Of a stretch of DNA of 64,000 bases, positions 19,373 to 29,424 are shown one piece after another. Source of the DNA: Terriglobia bacterium (lineage in GTDB: Bacteria > Acidobacteriota > Terriglobia > Acidiferrales > UBA7541). The number at the start of each line of letters is the position of its first letter. The stretch's first letter is position 1. The position numbers and the translations under genes are program-made. The notes beneath the pieces are model-generated. The model was not told the origin of the DNA and did not search any database. It was given only the letters and a program-made list of their open reading frames with translations. The stretch is taken from positions 3,264,001-3,328,000 of the forward strand of contig OY968796.1 of the NCBI GenBank assembly GCA_963695545.1, read 5' to 3'.

Positions 19373-21091
19373 ATGTCGTCGCGGCTGGGCGAAATGCTGG
19401 TCAAGGAAGAGCTGATCACCAGCGATCAGCTCCGCGAAGCCATTGCTTATCAGAAACAGCATGGCGGCCGGCTGGGAACGGTGATGATCAAACTGGGTCT
19501 CGTGAACGACGACGAGATCACCGGCGTGCTTTCGCGTCAGTACGGCGTTCCCTCAATCAATCTGAAATATTACGAAGTGGATCCTTCGGTGATTCGCCTG
19601 ATTCCGCAGGATACCGCGGTGCGCTATCAGGTGGTGCCGCTTTCGCGCGTGGGTTCGACGCTGACGATCGCGATGACCGATCCCACCAACGTCTTCGCCA
19701 TGGACGATATCAAGTTCATGACCGGCTTCAACATCGAGCCGGTGGTGGCGCCAGAGTCGGCCGTCAACGAAGCGATCTCGAAATTCTACGGCGATGCGCA
19801 GAGCGTAGAAGAGCTGACCAAGGTGATGAAGGACCTGGCCGGCGAAGAGGCCGGCGACCTGGAACTCGCGGCCGAAGAGCAGGAGATGGACCTGGCCGCG
19901 CTCGAGAAGGCCGCGGAAGAAGCTCCCATCATCAAGCTCGTGAACCTGGTGCTCACCGACGCCGTCAAGCGCGGCGCGAGCGACATCCACGTGGAGCCGT
20001 ACGAGAAAGAATTGCGCGTGCGCTTCCGGGTAGACGGCGTGTTGCAGGAAGTGATGAACCCCCCGCTGAAGCTGCGCGATGCCATCGCCAGCCGCATCAA
20101 GATCATGTCCAAGCTGGACATCAGCGAAAAGCGGTTGCCGCAAGACGGCCGCATCATGATCAAGTACCGCAAGGACGGCCGCATCAAGGAATTGGATTTC
20201 CGCGTCTCGACAGTGCCGACGCTGCATGGCGAAAAGATCGTCATGCGTCTTTTGGACAAGGAAAACCTGCGCCTGGATATGACCAAGCTGGGCTTCGAGC
20301 AGGAATCGCTCGACAAATACGAACGCTCCATCCTGCGGCCCTACGGCATGGTGCTGGTGACCGGGCCCACCGGATCGGGAAAAACCAACACGCTCTATTC
20401 CTCGGTCGCACGACTGAACAAGATCGAAACGAACATCATGACCGCGGAAGACCCGGTCGAATTCCAGTTGCAGGGAATCAACCAGGTGCAGATGAAGGAG
20501 CAGATCGGATTGAACTTCGCCGCCGCGCTGCGGGCCTTTTTGCGGCAGGATCCCAATATCATTCTGGTCGGCGAAATCCGCGACTTCGAGACGGCTGAAA
20601 TCGCCGTGAAGGCCGCGCTCACTGGTCACTTGGTGCTTTCCACGCTGCACACCAACGACGCGCCTTCGACCATCAGCCGCTTAATGAACATGGGTGTTGA
20701 GCCGTTTCTGGTGGCGACCTCGGTGAACCTGATCTGCGCGCAGCGTTTGGTGCGCCGCATCTGCGAAGGATGCAAAGAGCCGCTCGATGTGCCGCCCCAA
20801 GCGCTGATCGACGCCGGCTACACGCCCGAGGAAGTGGGCAGCACGGTGATCTATCACGGACGGGGCTGCGCGAAGTGCAATAAGGGCGGATATAAGGGCC
20901 GCGTCGGTTTGTACGAAGTGATGGAGGTCACCGACGATCTGCGCGAGCTGATTCTGGTGGGCGCGTCCGCGGTGGAACTGAAAAAGAAGGCGCTCGAGCA
21001 GGGAATGATCAGCCTGCGCCGGAGCGGCCTGATGAAGGTGGCGCTGGGCCAAACGACTTTGGAAGAAGTGGTGCGCGAGACGGTGCTGTAA
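19373..21091 (+). CDS. pilB: Type IV pilus assembly ATPase PilB
   Basis: RLG-repeat N-terminus, GPTGSGKT, LRQDPNIILVGEIRD, CxxC/CxxC; pilB-pilT-pilC order. Confidence 0.95.
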   Translation: MSSRLGEMLVKEELITSDQLREAIAYQKQHGGRLGTVMIKLGLVNDDEITGVLSRQYGVPSINLKYYEVDPSVIRLIPQDTAVRYQVVPLSRVGSTLTIAMTDPTNVFAMDDIKFMTGFNIEPVVAPESAVNEAISKFYGDAQSVEELTKVMKDLAGEEAGDLELAAEEQEMDLAALEKAAEEAPIIKLVNLVLTDAVKRGASDIHVEPYEKELRVRFRVDGVLQEVMNPPLKLRDAIASRIKIMSKLDISEKRLPQDGRIMIKYRKDGRIKELDFRVSTVPTLHGEKIVMRLLDKENLRLDMTKLGFEQESLDKYERSILRPYGMVLVTGPTGSGKTNTLYSSVARLNKIETNIMTAEDPVEFQLQGINQVQMKEQIGLNFAAALRAFLRQDPNIILVGEIRDFETAEIAVKAALTGHLVLSTLHTNDAPSTISRLMNMGVEPFLVATSVNLICAQRLVRRICEGCKEPLDVPPQALIDAGYTPEEVGSTVIYHGRGCAKCNKGGYKGRVGLYEVMEVTDDLRELILVGASAVELKKKALEQGMISLRRSGLMKVALGQTTLEEVVRETVL

Positions 21092-21107
21092 ATAAAAGGA
21101 GAGCGCG

Positions 21108-22229
21108 ATGGCTGGAATCACTCTGAGCGAGCTTTTGAAGAAAATGATCGAAATGGGCGGGAGCGACTTGCACGTCACGACCAATAGTCCTCCGCGCGTG
21201 CGCGTCCACGGGAAACTGCGTCCGATGGATTTAGCGCCGCTGACGGCGGCGGACACCAAGGCGCTGGCGTATAGCGTTTTGACCGACGCGCAGAAGCATC
21301 GCTTTGAGGAAAACCTCGAGCTGGACTTCTCCTTCGGGCTTAAGAATCTGGCGCGGTTCCGCGGCAACATCTTCCATCAGCGCGGAGCAGTAGCCGCCGC
21401 GTTCCGAACGATTCCGTGGGAGATCAAGGGCTTTGACGCGCTGGGCTTGCCCTCCGTAGTGAAAGGGCTGTGCGACAAACCGCGCGGCCTGGTGCTGGTG
21501 ACGGGCCCGACCGGATCGGGCAAGTCCACCACACTCGCGGCGATGCTCGACAAGATCAACAACGAACGCGAAGAGCACATGATCACGATCGAAGACCCGA
21601 TCGAATTCCTGCACAACCACAAACGCTGCCTGGTGAATCAGCGCGAAATCCATTCGGATACGCACTCGTTCGCGAATTCCTTGCGCGCCGCTTTGCGCGA
21701 GGACCCCGACGTCGTGCTCATCGGCGAAATGCGCGACCTCGAGACCATCGAATCCGCGCTGCGCATCGCCGAGACCGGCCACTTGACCTTCGCGACGCTG
21801 CACACCAATTCCGCGATCTCAACCATCAACCGCATCATCGACGTGTTCCCGCCCTCACAGCAATCGCAAATCCGGGCGCAACTTTCGATGGTGCTCGAAG
21901 GCGTGCTTTGCCAATCGCTTTTGCCGCGCGTCGATGGCCGCGGCCGGGCCATGGTGATGGAAGTTCTGATCCCCAACGCGGCCGTACGCAACCTGATCCG
22001 CGAAGACAAAATTCACCAGATCTATTCGGCCATGCAGACCGGCACGGGCACCAGCGGAATGCAGACCTTCAACCAATCCCTGGCCAACGCTTATTTCCAG
22101 AAGTTGATTACTTTGGAAACCGCCATGGGACGTTCGTCCAACGCCGACGAGTTACAGGATATGATCAACCGTGGTGTTGTTGGCGTCGCGCCTGGCGCCC
22201 CCCGAACACCGGCCTCGGCGCGCAAATAG
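21108..22229 (+). CDS. pilT: Type IV pilus retraction ATPase PilT
   Basis: GPTGSGKSTTLAAM, LREDPDVVLIGEMRD, AVRNLIRE. Confidence 0.95.
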   Translation: MAGITLSELLKKMIEMGGSDLHVTTNSPPRVRVHGKLRPMDLAPLTAADTKALAYSVLTDAQKHRFEENLELDFSFGLKNLARFRGNIFHQRGAVAAAFRTIPWEIKGFDALGLPSVVKGLCDKPRGLVLVTGPTGSGKSTTLAAMLDKINNEREEHMITIEDPIEFLHNHKRCLVNQREIHSDTHSFANSLRAALREDPDVVLIGEMRDLETIESALRIAETGHLTFATLHTNSAISTINRIIDVFPPSQQSQIRAQLSMVLEGVLCQSLLPRVDGRGRAMVMEVLIPNAAVRNLIREDKIHQIYSAMQTGTGTSGMQTFNQSLANAYFQKLITLETAMGRSSNADELQDMINRGVVGVAPGAPRTPASARK

Positions 22230-22358
22230 GGCCTGAAAATGGGCCTTTTCGGGCAGGCTTCCGGGAAGCTGCCGAAATCAGACTTGGCGATTTTTGATTG
22301 CGATTCACCCTGTGGCTGGCCCTGTGGTGGGCTGTCCGGGATCTGAAGGAGGGTTGGA

Positions 22359-23570
22359 ATGCCTGTCTATACCTACCGCGGAGTCACTCGCGCCGGCGCC
22401 ACCATCAGCGGCGAGCAGACGGCTGGCAGCAAGGCTGAATTGACCAGCCTGCTGCGCCGACAGCAGATTGAAGTCAAGAAAATGTCCGAAAAGGGGCGCG
22501 AGTTCAACCTGCCCACTTTCGGCGGCGGCGTCGACTCCAAAGAGCTCGCGGTGTTCACGCGTCAGTTCTCGGTGATGATCGATGCCGGGCTTCCGCTGGT
22601 GCAGTGTCTCGAGATACTGGCGAGCCAGCAAGAAAATAAAACTTTCCAAAAGGTGCTGATCGGTACGCGGTCGGCGGTGGAGGGCGGCGCGACGCTTTCC
22701 AGCGCCATGCGCCAGTATGAAAATGTTTTCGACGCGCTGTACGTCAACCTGGTCGAGGCCGGCGAGACCGGCGGTATTTTGGACACCATTCTCCAGCGTT
22801 TGTCGTCGTACATCGAAAAGAACGTCAAACTGAAACGCGCCGTGCGGTCCGCGCTCGTTTACCCGACGGCCGTGCTGAGCGTTGCGGCGGGCGTGATCAC
22901 TTTGCTGTTATGGAAGGTCGTGCCGATCTTCACCACGTTGTTCACCGGCCTGGGCGTGGATTTGCCTTTGCCGACGCGCATCGTCATTGGGCTCAGCGAT
23001 TTCGTTGGCAGCATTTTCGGATTCTTGATTTTGGTAGCGGTCATCGGCGCGGGCATTGGCCTGAAGGTTTGGTACGGCACACCGGGCGGTCGCATGACGA
23101 TCGACAAAACGCTTCTGAAATTACCGCTGATCGGCCTTCTGCTGCGCAAGATCGCCGTGGCGCGGTTTACGCGCACGCTGGGCACGCTGATTTCTTCCGG
23201 CGTTCCGATTCTTGAGGGTCTCGACATTACCGCGCGAACTGCCGGCAACGCCGTGATTGAGAAGGCGCTGCTGCACGTGCGCAAAGCGCTCGAAGCCGGA
23301 CGCAGCCTGGCCGAGCCGTTGAAAGAAACTATGGTGTTCCCTGGCATGGTGACGCAGATGATCGGCGTCGGCGAGCAAACGGGTGCGATGGATGCCATGC
23401 TCCAAAAGATCGCCGATTTCTACGAGGACGAAGTGGACGCCGCGGTGAAGGATTTGCTCGCCGCGATGGAGCCCGTGATGATCGTATTCCTGGGCGTGGT
23501 CGTCGGCGGAATCGTGATTTCGATGTACTTGCCGCTGTTCTCGCTGATTGGAAAACTGGCGGGCAAGTGA
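22359..23570 (+). CDS. pilC: Type IV pilus inner-membrane platform protein PilC
   Basis: FTRQFSVMIDAGLPL, AGETGGILD, VGEQTG, MYLPLF. Confidence 0.95.
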   Translation: MPVYTYRGVTRAGATISGEQTAGSKAELTSLLRRQQIEVKKMSEKGREFNLPTFGGGVDSKELAVFTRQFSVMIDAGLPLVQCLEILASQQENKTFQKVLIGTRSAVEGGATLSSAMRQYENVFDALYVNLVEAGETGGILDTILQRLSSYIEKNVKLKRAVRSALVYPTAVLSVAAGVITLLLWKVVPIFTTLFTGLGVDLPLPTRIVIGLSDFVGSIFGFLILVAVIGAGIGLKVWYGTPGGRMTIDKTLLKLPLIGLLLRKIAVARFTRTLGTLISSGVPILEGLDITARTAGNAVIEKALLHVRKALEAGRSLAEPLKETMVFPGMVTQMIGVGEQTGAMDAMLQKIADFYEDEVDAAVKDLLAAMEPVMIVFLGVVVGGIVISMYLPLFSLIGKLAGK

Positions 23571-23695
23571 ACTATTGGCCGCTCAAAACCGGGAGGGGCG
23601 GAGATGCGATATTGTCGCGCGCTCTCTGCTCTCCGGTCTCCCCTTTCTGAGGATTTCACGCAGGCAAAAGTTCTTGCCGTCATAGGTCCGTGCCG

Positions 23696-25309
23696 ATGGA
23701 ACTGACACAAAATGTCAATCAATGGCTGGGCTGGCTGACGCGCGTCCGCTTCCTGATCATCCTGCTGGTGTCCGCGCTGGTTCTGGTGCTTCGAGATTAT
23801 TCGCTGCTTTCGATTTCCACCAGCGAATTTGTGCCGCTGATGGTGCTGTGGTGCGCGCTGGCAATTTTCTACTGGGTGCTGCTGCGCTGGATGCCGCAGA
23901 GCCGCTGGCACGCGCTGGTGGAAATGATCTGCGATCTGCTGATGATCACGGGCCTTGTGTATATCACGGGCGCGGAGGAAAGCTATTTCACCTCGCTTTA
24001 CCTGCTGACGATCATCGTCGCGAGCATTTTGTTTTCGCGCAAAGTCACGTTCACTATAGCGGGCTTTGGATTCATCCTGCTGGGCGGCATGGTGGAGCTG
24101 ATTTATTACGGCTTTCTGCCGCGCACGGCGGTGGCGGCGCCGAACGGCAAGGCGTTGCAGACCTGGCTGCTCAGCAATCTGATCGCGTTTATCGCCGTGG
24201 CTTATCTCTCCAGCTTGCTCACGGTCAGTTTGCGCAGGCAGGGCGCCGAACTCGAAGTGAAGCGCGGCGAACTGCAGGATTTGCAGGCCTTCAACAAGGA
24301 CATCATCCATTCGATGCGCGGCGGATTGCTCACCACGGACCTCGAAGGGCGCATCCTGCTGCTGAACCGAACCGGCGAAGACATCACGGCCGCCAGTTTC
24401 GATTCGGTGCGCGATCGAATGCTGCCCGAAGTGTTTCCCGAATTCTGGCTGCCGGGACGGATTGCCGCGAACGGCGAGATGTTGCAGCGAACCGAAGTGG
24501 ATTTTCGCACCGCCGACGGGCAGCAGCGCTTTCTGGGAATTTCGGTTTCGCCGCTGCGCACCGCCGAGCGCAAGACGACCGGCTACGTTTTCAATTTTCA
24601 GGACCTGACCGAGTTGCGGCGTCTGGAGCAGGAAGTGGCCACCAAAGAGCGCATGGCCGCTATCGGGCGCCTTTCCGCCGCCATCGCACACGAAATTCGG
24701 CAGCCGCTCACGGCCATGGCGGGCGCGGTGACGGAATTGGCGCGCCTGGTGCCGCTCGAAGAAGACGAGCAGCATCTGGTGGGCATTGTGAGCAGGGAAT
24801 CGGAGCGTCTGAACCGGATCATCACCGACTTCCTGAATTATTCGCGCGAAAAAAGTTACGAGTTCGGCGAAGTCGATCTCGCCGGACTGCTGGATGAAAC
24901 GTTGACGCTGCTCGAACGCCAGCCGGATCTCGACGGGAAATACCGGATCGAGCGAAGTTTTTCGGGCGTTCCGGTGCGCGCCAAGGTCGATTCGGCGCGG
25001 ATCAAGCAGGTCTTCTGGAATTTGTGCAACAACGCGCTGCGCGCCATGCCCGCCGGAGGAACGCTCACCGTCGGTCTCGAGCTTGTGCCGTTCTGGGTGC
25101 GGATACGCTTCCGCGACACCGGAATTGGCCTGGACCCGCAGCAGCGATCGAATATTTTTGAACCCTTGCAATCCGGGTTTCCGGGAGGCACGGGGTTGGG
25201 TTTGGCCATCGTGTATCAGATCGTGCAGGCGCATAGCGGACGGATCCTGGTGATGTCGGAAAAAAACCGCGGCGCCGAATTCACGGTGGAACTCCCGCGC
25301 GTGGCGTGA
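23696..25309 (+). CDS. pilS: Sensor histidine kinase PilS-like
   Basis: About 6 N-terminal TMs, [19 protein letters not shown]; between pilC and pilR. Confidence 0.82.
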   Translation: MELTQNVNQWLGWLTRVRFLIILLVSALVLVLRDYSLLSISTSEFVPLMVLWCALAIFYWVLLRWMPQSRWHALVEMICDLLMITGLVYITGAEESYFTSLYLLTIIVASILFSRKVTFTIAGFGFILLGGMVELIYYGFLPRTAVAAPNGKALQTWLLSNLIAFIAVAYLSSLLTVSLRRQGAELEVKRGELQDLQAFNKDIIHSMRGGLLTTDLEGRILLLNRTGEDITAASFDSVRDRMLPEVFPEFWLPGRIAANGEMLQRTEVDFRTADGQQRFLGISVSPLRTAERKTTGYVFNFQDLTELRRLEQEVATKERMAAIGRLSAAIAHEIRQPLTAMAGAVTELARLVPLEEDEQHLVGIVSRESERLNRIITDFLNYSREKSYEFGEVDLAGLLDETLTLLERQPDLDGKYRIERSFSGVPVRAKVDSARIKQVFWNLCNNALRAMPAGGTLTVGLELVPFWVRIRFRDTGIGLDPQQRSNIFEPLQSGFPGGTGLGLAIVYQIVQAHSGRILVMSEKNRGAEFTVELPRVA

Positions 25310-25345
25310 AGCGCGGGCGTAGCGCAGAGAAAGGCCGGTCGTAAT

Positions 25346-26734
25346 ATGGCTCATATCCTGGTGGTTGACGACGAGCGTTCGATTTGCGAGCTGCTCGAAA
25401 TTACGTTTCGCAAGGAAGGCCACCGCGTGGAGGTCGCGCTCTCCGTCGAAGCGGCGCATCGCAAGCTCGAATCTCAAATCTTCGACATCGTGATATCGGA
25501 CATCTTGCTGCGCGAGGCGAATGGCGTGGACCTGCTGAAATTCATCAAAGAGCGCGCACCTTCCACGTTCGTGCTGCTGATCACCGGCGTGCCGACGGTC
25601 GAAACGGCCATCGCCGCGATCAATGGCGGCGCCGACCGGTATGTCGTGAAGGATCACGAGCTCGTGGACCAGCTGCGCCGCGCCGTCGGTCAGGTGGACG
25701 AGACGCTGCGCTTAAAGAGCGAGGCGGGAATTCTTCGCCGCGAAATCCGGCGGCTCACGGGGCAACAAAACATCGTCGGCCACAGTCCGAAAATGCGCGC
25801 CGTATTCGACATGATCCAGACGGTGGCGCCGCAATCCAGCCGCATCCTGATCACCGGGGAATCCGGCACCGGAAAAGAGCTGGTGGCTCGCGCGATTCAC
25901 GAAAATAGCGCGCGCTCTCAGGCGGCTTTCGTGACCATTAATTGCGGCGCGTTCCCGGATTCGCTGCTCGAATCGGAGTTGTTCGGGCATATGCGCGGTT
26001 CGTTCACCGGAGCCAATGAGAATCGCAAGGGTTTGTTTCAGTCCGCGCACGGCGGCACGCTGTTTCTTGACGAGATCGGCAACATGAGTCTGAGCATGCA
26101 GGTGAAGCTGTATCGCGTGCTGCAGGAAGGAAAAGTGCGGCCCGTTGGCAGTAATGAAGAAATAGACGTGGACGTGCGCGTGATCACCGCGACGAATAAA
26201 GACGTCGAAAAGGCCATCGCCGCCGGAGAATTCCGCGAGGACCTCTTCTATCGTTTGAACGTGATACCCATTCATTTGCCGGCGCTGCGCGAACGGCGCG
26301 ACGACATCCCGCTGCTGGCGCGCGCGTTCCTGGAACGCTTTCGCACGGCCATGAATAAACCCATCGAAGGCATCGAGCCGGCGGCGATGCAGAAACTCGA
26401 AGCCTACGACTGGCCGGGCAACGTGCGCGAGCTCGAAAATACGATCGAGCGCGCCGTGGCGCTCGAAACCGAGTCGCTGATTTCGCTGGCCGTGCTTCCG
26501 GAAAAAATTCTGCACCAGGGAGACGGATCGCAGCCATCTCCGCGCGGAGAAAACGGTCATCCGGCCATTCCCGAGAGTGGAGTCGATCTCGAGAAATTGA
26601 TTCAGGATACTGAGCGGGAATACATCCTGGCGGCGCTGGAAGCGTCAGGCGGCGTCGGCACGCGAGCGGCCGAGCGTTTGGGCATGACCTACCGCTCCTT
26701 CCGGCACTATTCCAAGAAATATAACGTCAGCTGA
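25346..26734 (+). CDS. pilR: Sigma54-dependent response regulator PilR-like
   Basis: REC, GESGTGKE, GSFTGA, HTH LGMTYRSFRH resembling the PilR tail. Confidence 0.85.
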   Translation: MAHILVVDDERSICELLEITFRKEGHRVEVALSVEAAHRKLESQIFDIVISDILLREANGVDLLKFIKERAPSTFVLLITGVPTVETAIAAINGGADRYVVKDHELVDQLRRAVGQVDETLRLKSEAGILRREIRRLTGQQNIVGHSPKMRAVFDMIQTVAPQSSRILITGESGTGKELVARAIHENSARSQAAFVTINCGAFPDSLLESELFGHMRGSFTGANENRKGLFQSAHGGTLFLDEIGNMSLSMQVKLYRVLQEGKVRPVGSNEEIDVDVRVITATNKDVEKAIAAGEFREDLFYRLNVIPIHLPALRERRDDIPLLARAFLERFRTAMNKPIEGIEPAAMQKLEAYDWPGNVRELENTIERAVALETESLISLAVLPEKILHQGDGSQPSPRGENGHPAIPESGVDLEKLIQDTEREYILAALEASGGVGTRAAERLGMTYRSFRHYSKKYNVS

Positions 26735-26813
26735 CGGAATCCCCCTCCCATGGCTTGCTGCAGGCTTTGAGGACGGGCGTCGCGGCGTCCATCGGAGGCG
26801 GGCGACGGCTACG

Positions 26814-28115
26814 CTACGCTTGAGCTGCGGCCGAAGCCTGCGCGGTCTTCGCGCTGTGGCGTAATTTGAAAGGGTAGGCCAGCGCGGAAACCGCAAGCAC
26901 AGTCAGAATGGGATCCATGGGATGGCGATAGCGCGCCGAACCGTGCGTGATATAAAAAACGACCGGATAGGACAATAGGATTAAGGCATACGGTGGCGCT
27001 TCCGGATTCCCCGAGCGAAGCGCCAGCAGTGCTCCCAGCAGCGCGAGCAACGAGAAAGTCACTTCATATATCTGTACGGTTCTCACCCCCACCGTCTCCC
27101 AGCGCCAGGAATCCTGGATAGGATCCCATTCGCCGAGCCAGGTGCTAACGATGCGATGAAACGTCAGGCGCGCGGCGTCCGCGGGATGCGAACGGAGGAA
27201 ATCCAATCCCTCGCGCTGCTTGAGCGCCATGTAGGCTGGTTCTCCCATGCCGCGGTAAAGCTTGGCTTCATCCAGATTGTCGTTAGGATGCTGATTGCCG
27301 TTTGTGTTGTCGGCGGTTCCCGGGTTATTGCCGAGCCAGAACTCGAGTCCGAAATTGGACCGCACCGGAATGAATTTATGGAAAACCAGTGCGTTACGAA
27401 TGGTCCACGGAACCAGGCAAAGCACGAAAAGCAAGGCGCACGCGGCCAGCCCGCGGCCCCATGGCTCGCGCTTGCGCCGCAGATCCAAAATAATCCACGC
27501 GCCGAGAAAAGGCATGGTTGCGAGCAGCGAAGCGTTGAGCAGCGCGGCGAAGCCCCAAAGCAGGCCGTACCTTGCCCAGTTGCGCAGGGTCGGCGCATCG
27601 GGCAGCAAGAGCGTAGCGTACAGAATCACGGCCATACAAAGCGCGGAGAACGCGGTGTCCCAAATCCATCGGATCGGAAGCATGACCGCGTTCGGCAGAA
27701 TCACCCACGCCCACGCGGCGCCAGCGCCCACCACGATTCCGAACGATCGCTTTCCGGCCAGAAAGATCGGAATGCACGTCAGCGCAGAAAACGCTGCATT
27801 GATCGTTTCGAGAATTAGGTACGACGTGTAGCTGTAAATGCCGAAGAGTTTGAAGACGCCGGCGGTCATATACGGATATATCGGACCGAACCAGGCGGTG
27901 GGCCCGGTAGCGAACCAGCGCAGAGGGGAAGAGAAGCCGTGCCCCGCGGCAATCGATGCGGCGACGGCTCCCAGTTCGTATCCGAACGGAAGATTGCTGC
28001 GAACGGCGACCGGACCGACGTCGCGAATGTGCACGAGGAGACCCATGCGGAACGCGAACGCGACGACCGCGATTAAACCTGGCGAAGTGACGATGCGATT
28101 GAGAATCGTTTTCAT
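26814..28115 (-). CDS. GT-C-type (ArnT/PMT-like) integral membrane glycosyltransferase
   Basis: About 10-11 TMs, acidic residue in first loop (FGYELG), PTAWFGPIYPY, PWTIRN, ARYRHPMDP. Confidence 0.7.
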   Translation of the reverse strand: MKTILNRIVTSPGLIAVVAFAFRMGLLVHIRDVGPVAVRSNLPFGYELGAVAASIAAGHGFSSPLRWFATGPTAWFGPIYPYMTAGVFKLFGIYSYTSYLILETINAAFSALTCIPIFLAGKRSFGIVVGAGAAWAWVILPNAVMLPIRWIWDTAFSALCMAVILYATLLLPDAPTLRNWARYGLLWGFAALLNASLLATMPFLGAWIILDLRRKREPWGRGLAACALLFVLCLVPWTIRNALVFHKFIPVRSNFGLEFWLGNNPGTADNTNGNQHPNDNLDEAKLYRGMGEPAYMALKQREGLDFLRSHPADAARLTFHRIVSTWLGEWDPIQDSWRWETVGVRTVQIYEVTFSLLALLGALLALRSGNPEAPPYALILLSYPVVFYITHGSARYRHPMDPILTVLAVSALAYPFKLRHSAKTAQASAAAQA

Positions 28116-28295
28116 CGGCGTAGCGCGCGATCCGCCCGGACAGTGGCGTGCACGCATCTCAGTATAGAAACCGCCGGGCCGCAGGACAACGCCGACTCGC
28201 GTGGTGGTAAACTTGGTTGTCGTGATCGTAATAGGCGCTGATTGAACGCGCCGCGATCGATTTGGAAGGCGCGAATCGGCGCCGGAGCGGCGATT

Positions 28296-28375
28296 GCCAA
28301 ATTATGTTATTTGCGATTGGCAGAAAATGGCGAGAGCGACAGGAAACGCGCCAGTTTGGCGGGCAATTTCTTGCC
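28296..28375 (+). promoter_or_regulatory. Candidate enhancer boxes upstream of pilin 1
   Basis: GCCA-N5-TGTT at 28296, GGCA-N5-TGGC at 28319, palindrome GGCAATTTCTTGCC at 28362. Confidence 0.45.
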
Positions 28376-28418
28376 GTCCTGCCTAGCGGAATGGAGTCTG
28401 AATCTATAACAGCTTATG

Positions 28419-28431
28419 GATCAGCAAGTTA
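28419..28431 (+). promoter_or_regulatory. IHF-like site between enhancer and sigma54 promoter
   Basis: GATCAGCAAGTTA; ATCAGCAAGTTA is identical to positions 11-22. Confidence 0.55.
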
Positions 28432-28478
28432 GCATGCTGTTCCAAAAAGAGCACATTCGGCCCACCGAATGTCCCGTG

Positions 28479-28495
28479 TTGGAACACCGGATGCA
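28479..28495 (+). promoter_or_regulatory. Sigma54 promoter of pilin 1
   Basis: TTGGAACACCGGATGCA: GG-N10-GC; PilR-like activator nearby. Confidence 0.65.
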
Positions 28496-28573
28496 TCTAG
28501 GGTAGCCGAATTTACGACGCGGACTCTGGCGGAAGAGGGCGTCTCAACTCAAAATCGAAGAAGAGGAGATTTC

Positions 28574-29053
28574 ATGCGTAACAAACAGAAGGGTTTTTCG
28601 TTGATCGAGCTTTTGATCGTCGTGGCAATTATTTTGATTATAGCGGCGATCGCCATCCCGAACTTGCTGCGCTCGAAGATGGCAGCCAATGAGGCGTCGG
28701 CCGTTGGTTCGCTGCGTACGCTGAACACTTCATGCGTCACGTATTCGACCACCTACGGCGGATTCCCTTCTTCCCTGAATGCGCTGGGCGGAGAAGGCAC
28801 GACTGCGCTGCCCACCTCGACGTCTGCGGAATTGATCGACAACGTTCTGCAGACCGGTACGAAGACCGGCTACACGTTCTCGTTCTCGTCCGGTGCGGCC
28901 GATAGCGCGGGCAACATCGACAACTACATCATCAACGCTTCTCCGATCAACCCTGGTGTGACCGGGCTGCGCTACTTCTACACGGATCAGACTGGTGTGA
29001 TCCGCGCCGACCCCAACACCGCAGCGACGTTTGCTAGCACCCCGATCAGCTAA
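28574..29053 (+). CDS. pilA: Type IVa pilin (copy 1)
   Basis: GAGGAG RBS; class III signal MRNKQKG|FSLIELLIVVAIILIIAAIAIP. Confidence 0.9.
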   Translation: MRNKQKGFSLIELLIVVAIILIIAAIAIPNLLRSKMAANEASAVGSLRTLNTSCVTYSTTYGGFPSSLNALGGEGTTALPTSTSAELIDNVLQTGTKTGYTFSFSSGAADSAGNIDNYIINASPINPGVTGLRYFYTDQTGVIRADPNTAATFASTPIS

Positions 29054-29104
29054 GTTCTCTGGGTGCCGTCAGAGTTGCCGAGACATTGTTTCGGCATCCG
29101 CCCG

Positions 29105-29140
29105 ATGGGGAGGGAGCGACAAGCTTCCTCCCCATTTCTT
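29105..29140 (+). terminator. Intrinsic terminator after pilin 1
   Basis: ATGGGGAGGGAGC-GACAA-GCTTCCTCCCCAT then TTCTT. Confidence 0.65.
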
Positions 29141-29183
29141 CTAGAGGCTCTTTGTAGCTGTACCGTAGTGGTACGGGGCGCGC

Positions 29184-29219
29184 CGCAAATAGTGGCGTCG
29201 CGCAACGACAAATAGTGGC
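29184..29219 (+). promoter_or_regulatory. Candidate enhancer boxes upstream of pilin 2
   Basis: Direct repeat CAAATAGTGGC at 29186 and 29209 (23 bp apart). Confidence 0.5.
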
Positions 29220-29350
29220 TCGAAGCCGTGGACGGAAAGTTGGCAGGCTCGCGCATCCGCCGCGAAACTGCCCAGTGCGTGCCCGCAAGGTGCTGAGAGG
29301 TTGGTGGTTGGGCCGATAGTGCTGGCAGGGTCACCTTGAGACCGAGCGTA

Positions 29351-29366
29351 TGGCCAAGGGCTTGCA
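29351..29366 (+). promoter_or_regulatory. Sigma54 promoter of pilin 2
   Basis: TGGCCAAGGGCTTGCA: GG-N10-GC with TTGCA. Confidence 0.7.
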
Positions 29367-29424
29367 GCATGTAGAGGCGTACCTCGGGCGGAACACACAC
29401 TTTTCGAGGATCCAAGGAGATTTA

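Noticed and set aside
23420..25657. 745-aa minus-strand ORF and similar long ORFs (9515-10987, 54054-55772, 2938-4167, 14577-15122)
   Set aside because: Antisense shadows of well-supported genes, expected with GC-rich codon bias; no motifs.
29220..29345. c-di-GMP riboswitch between pilins
   Set aside because: Could not build the conserved stems or GCAAA motifs by eye; needs an Infernal/Rfam scan.
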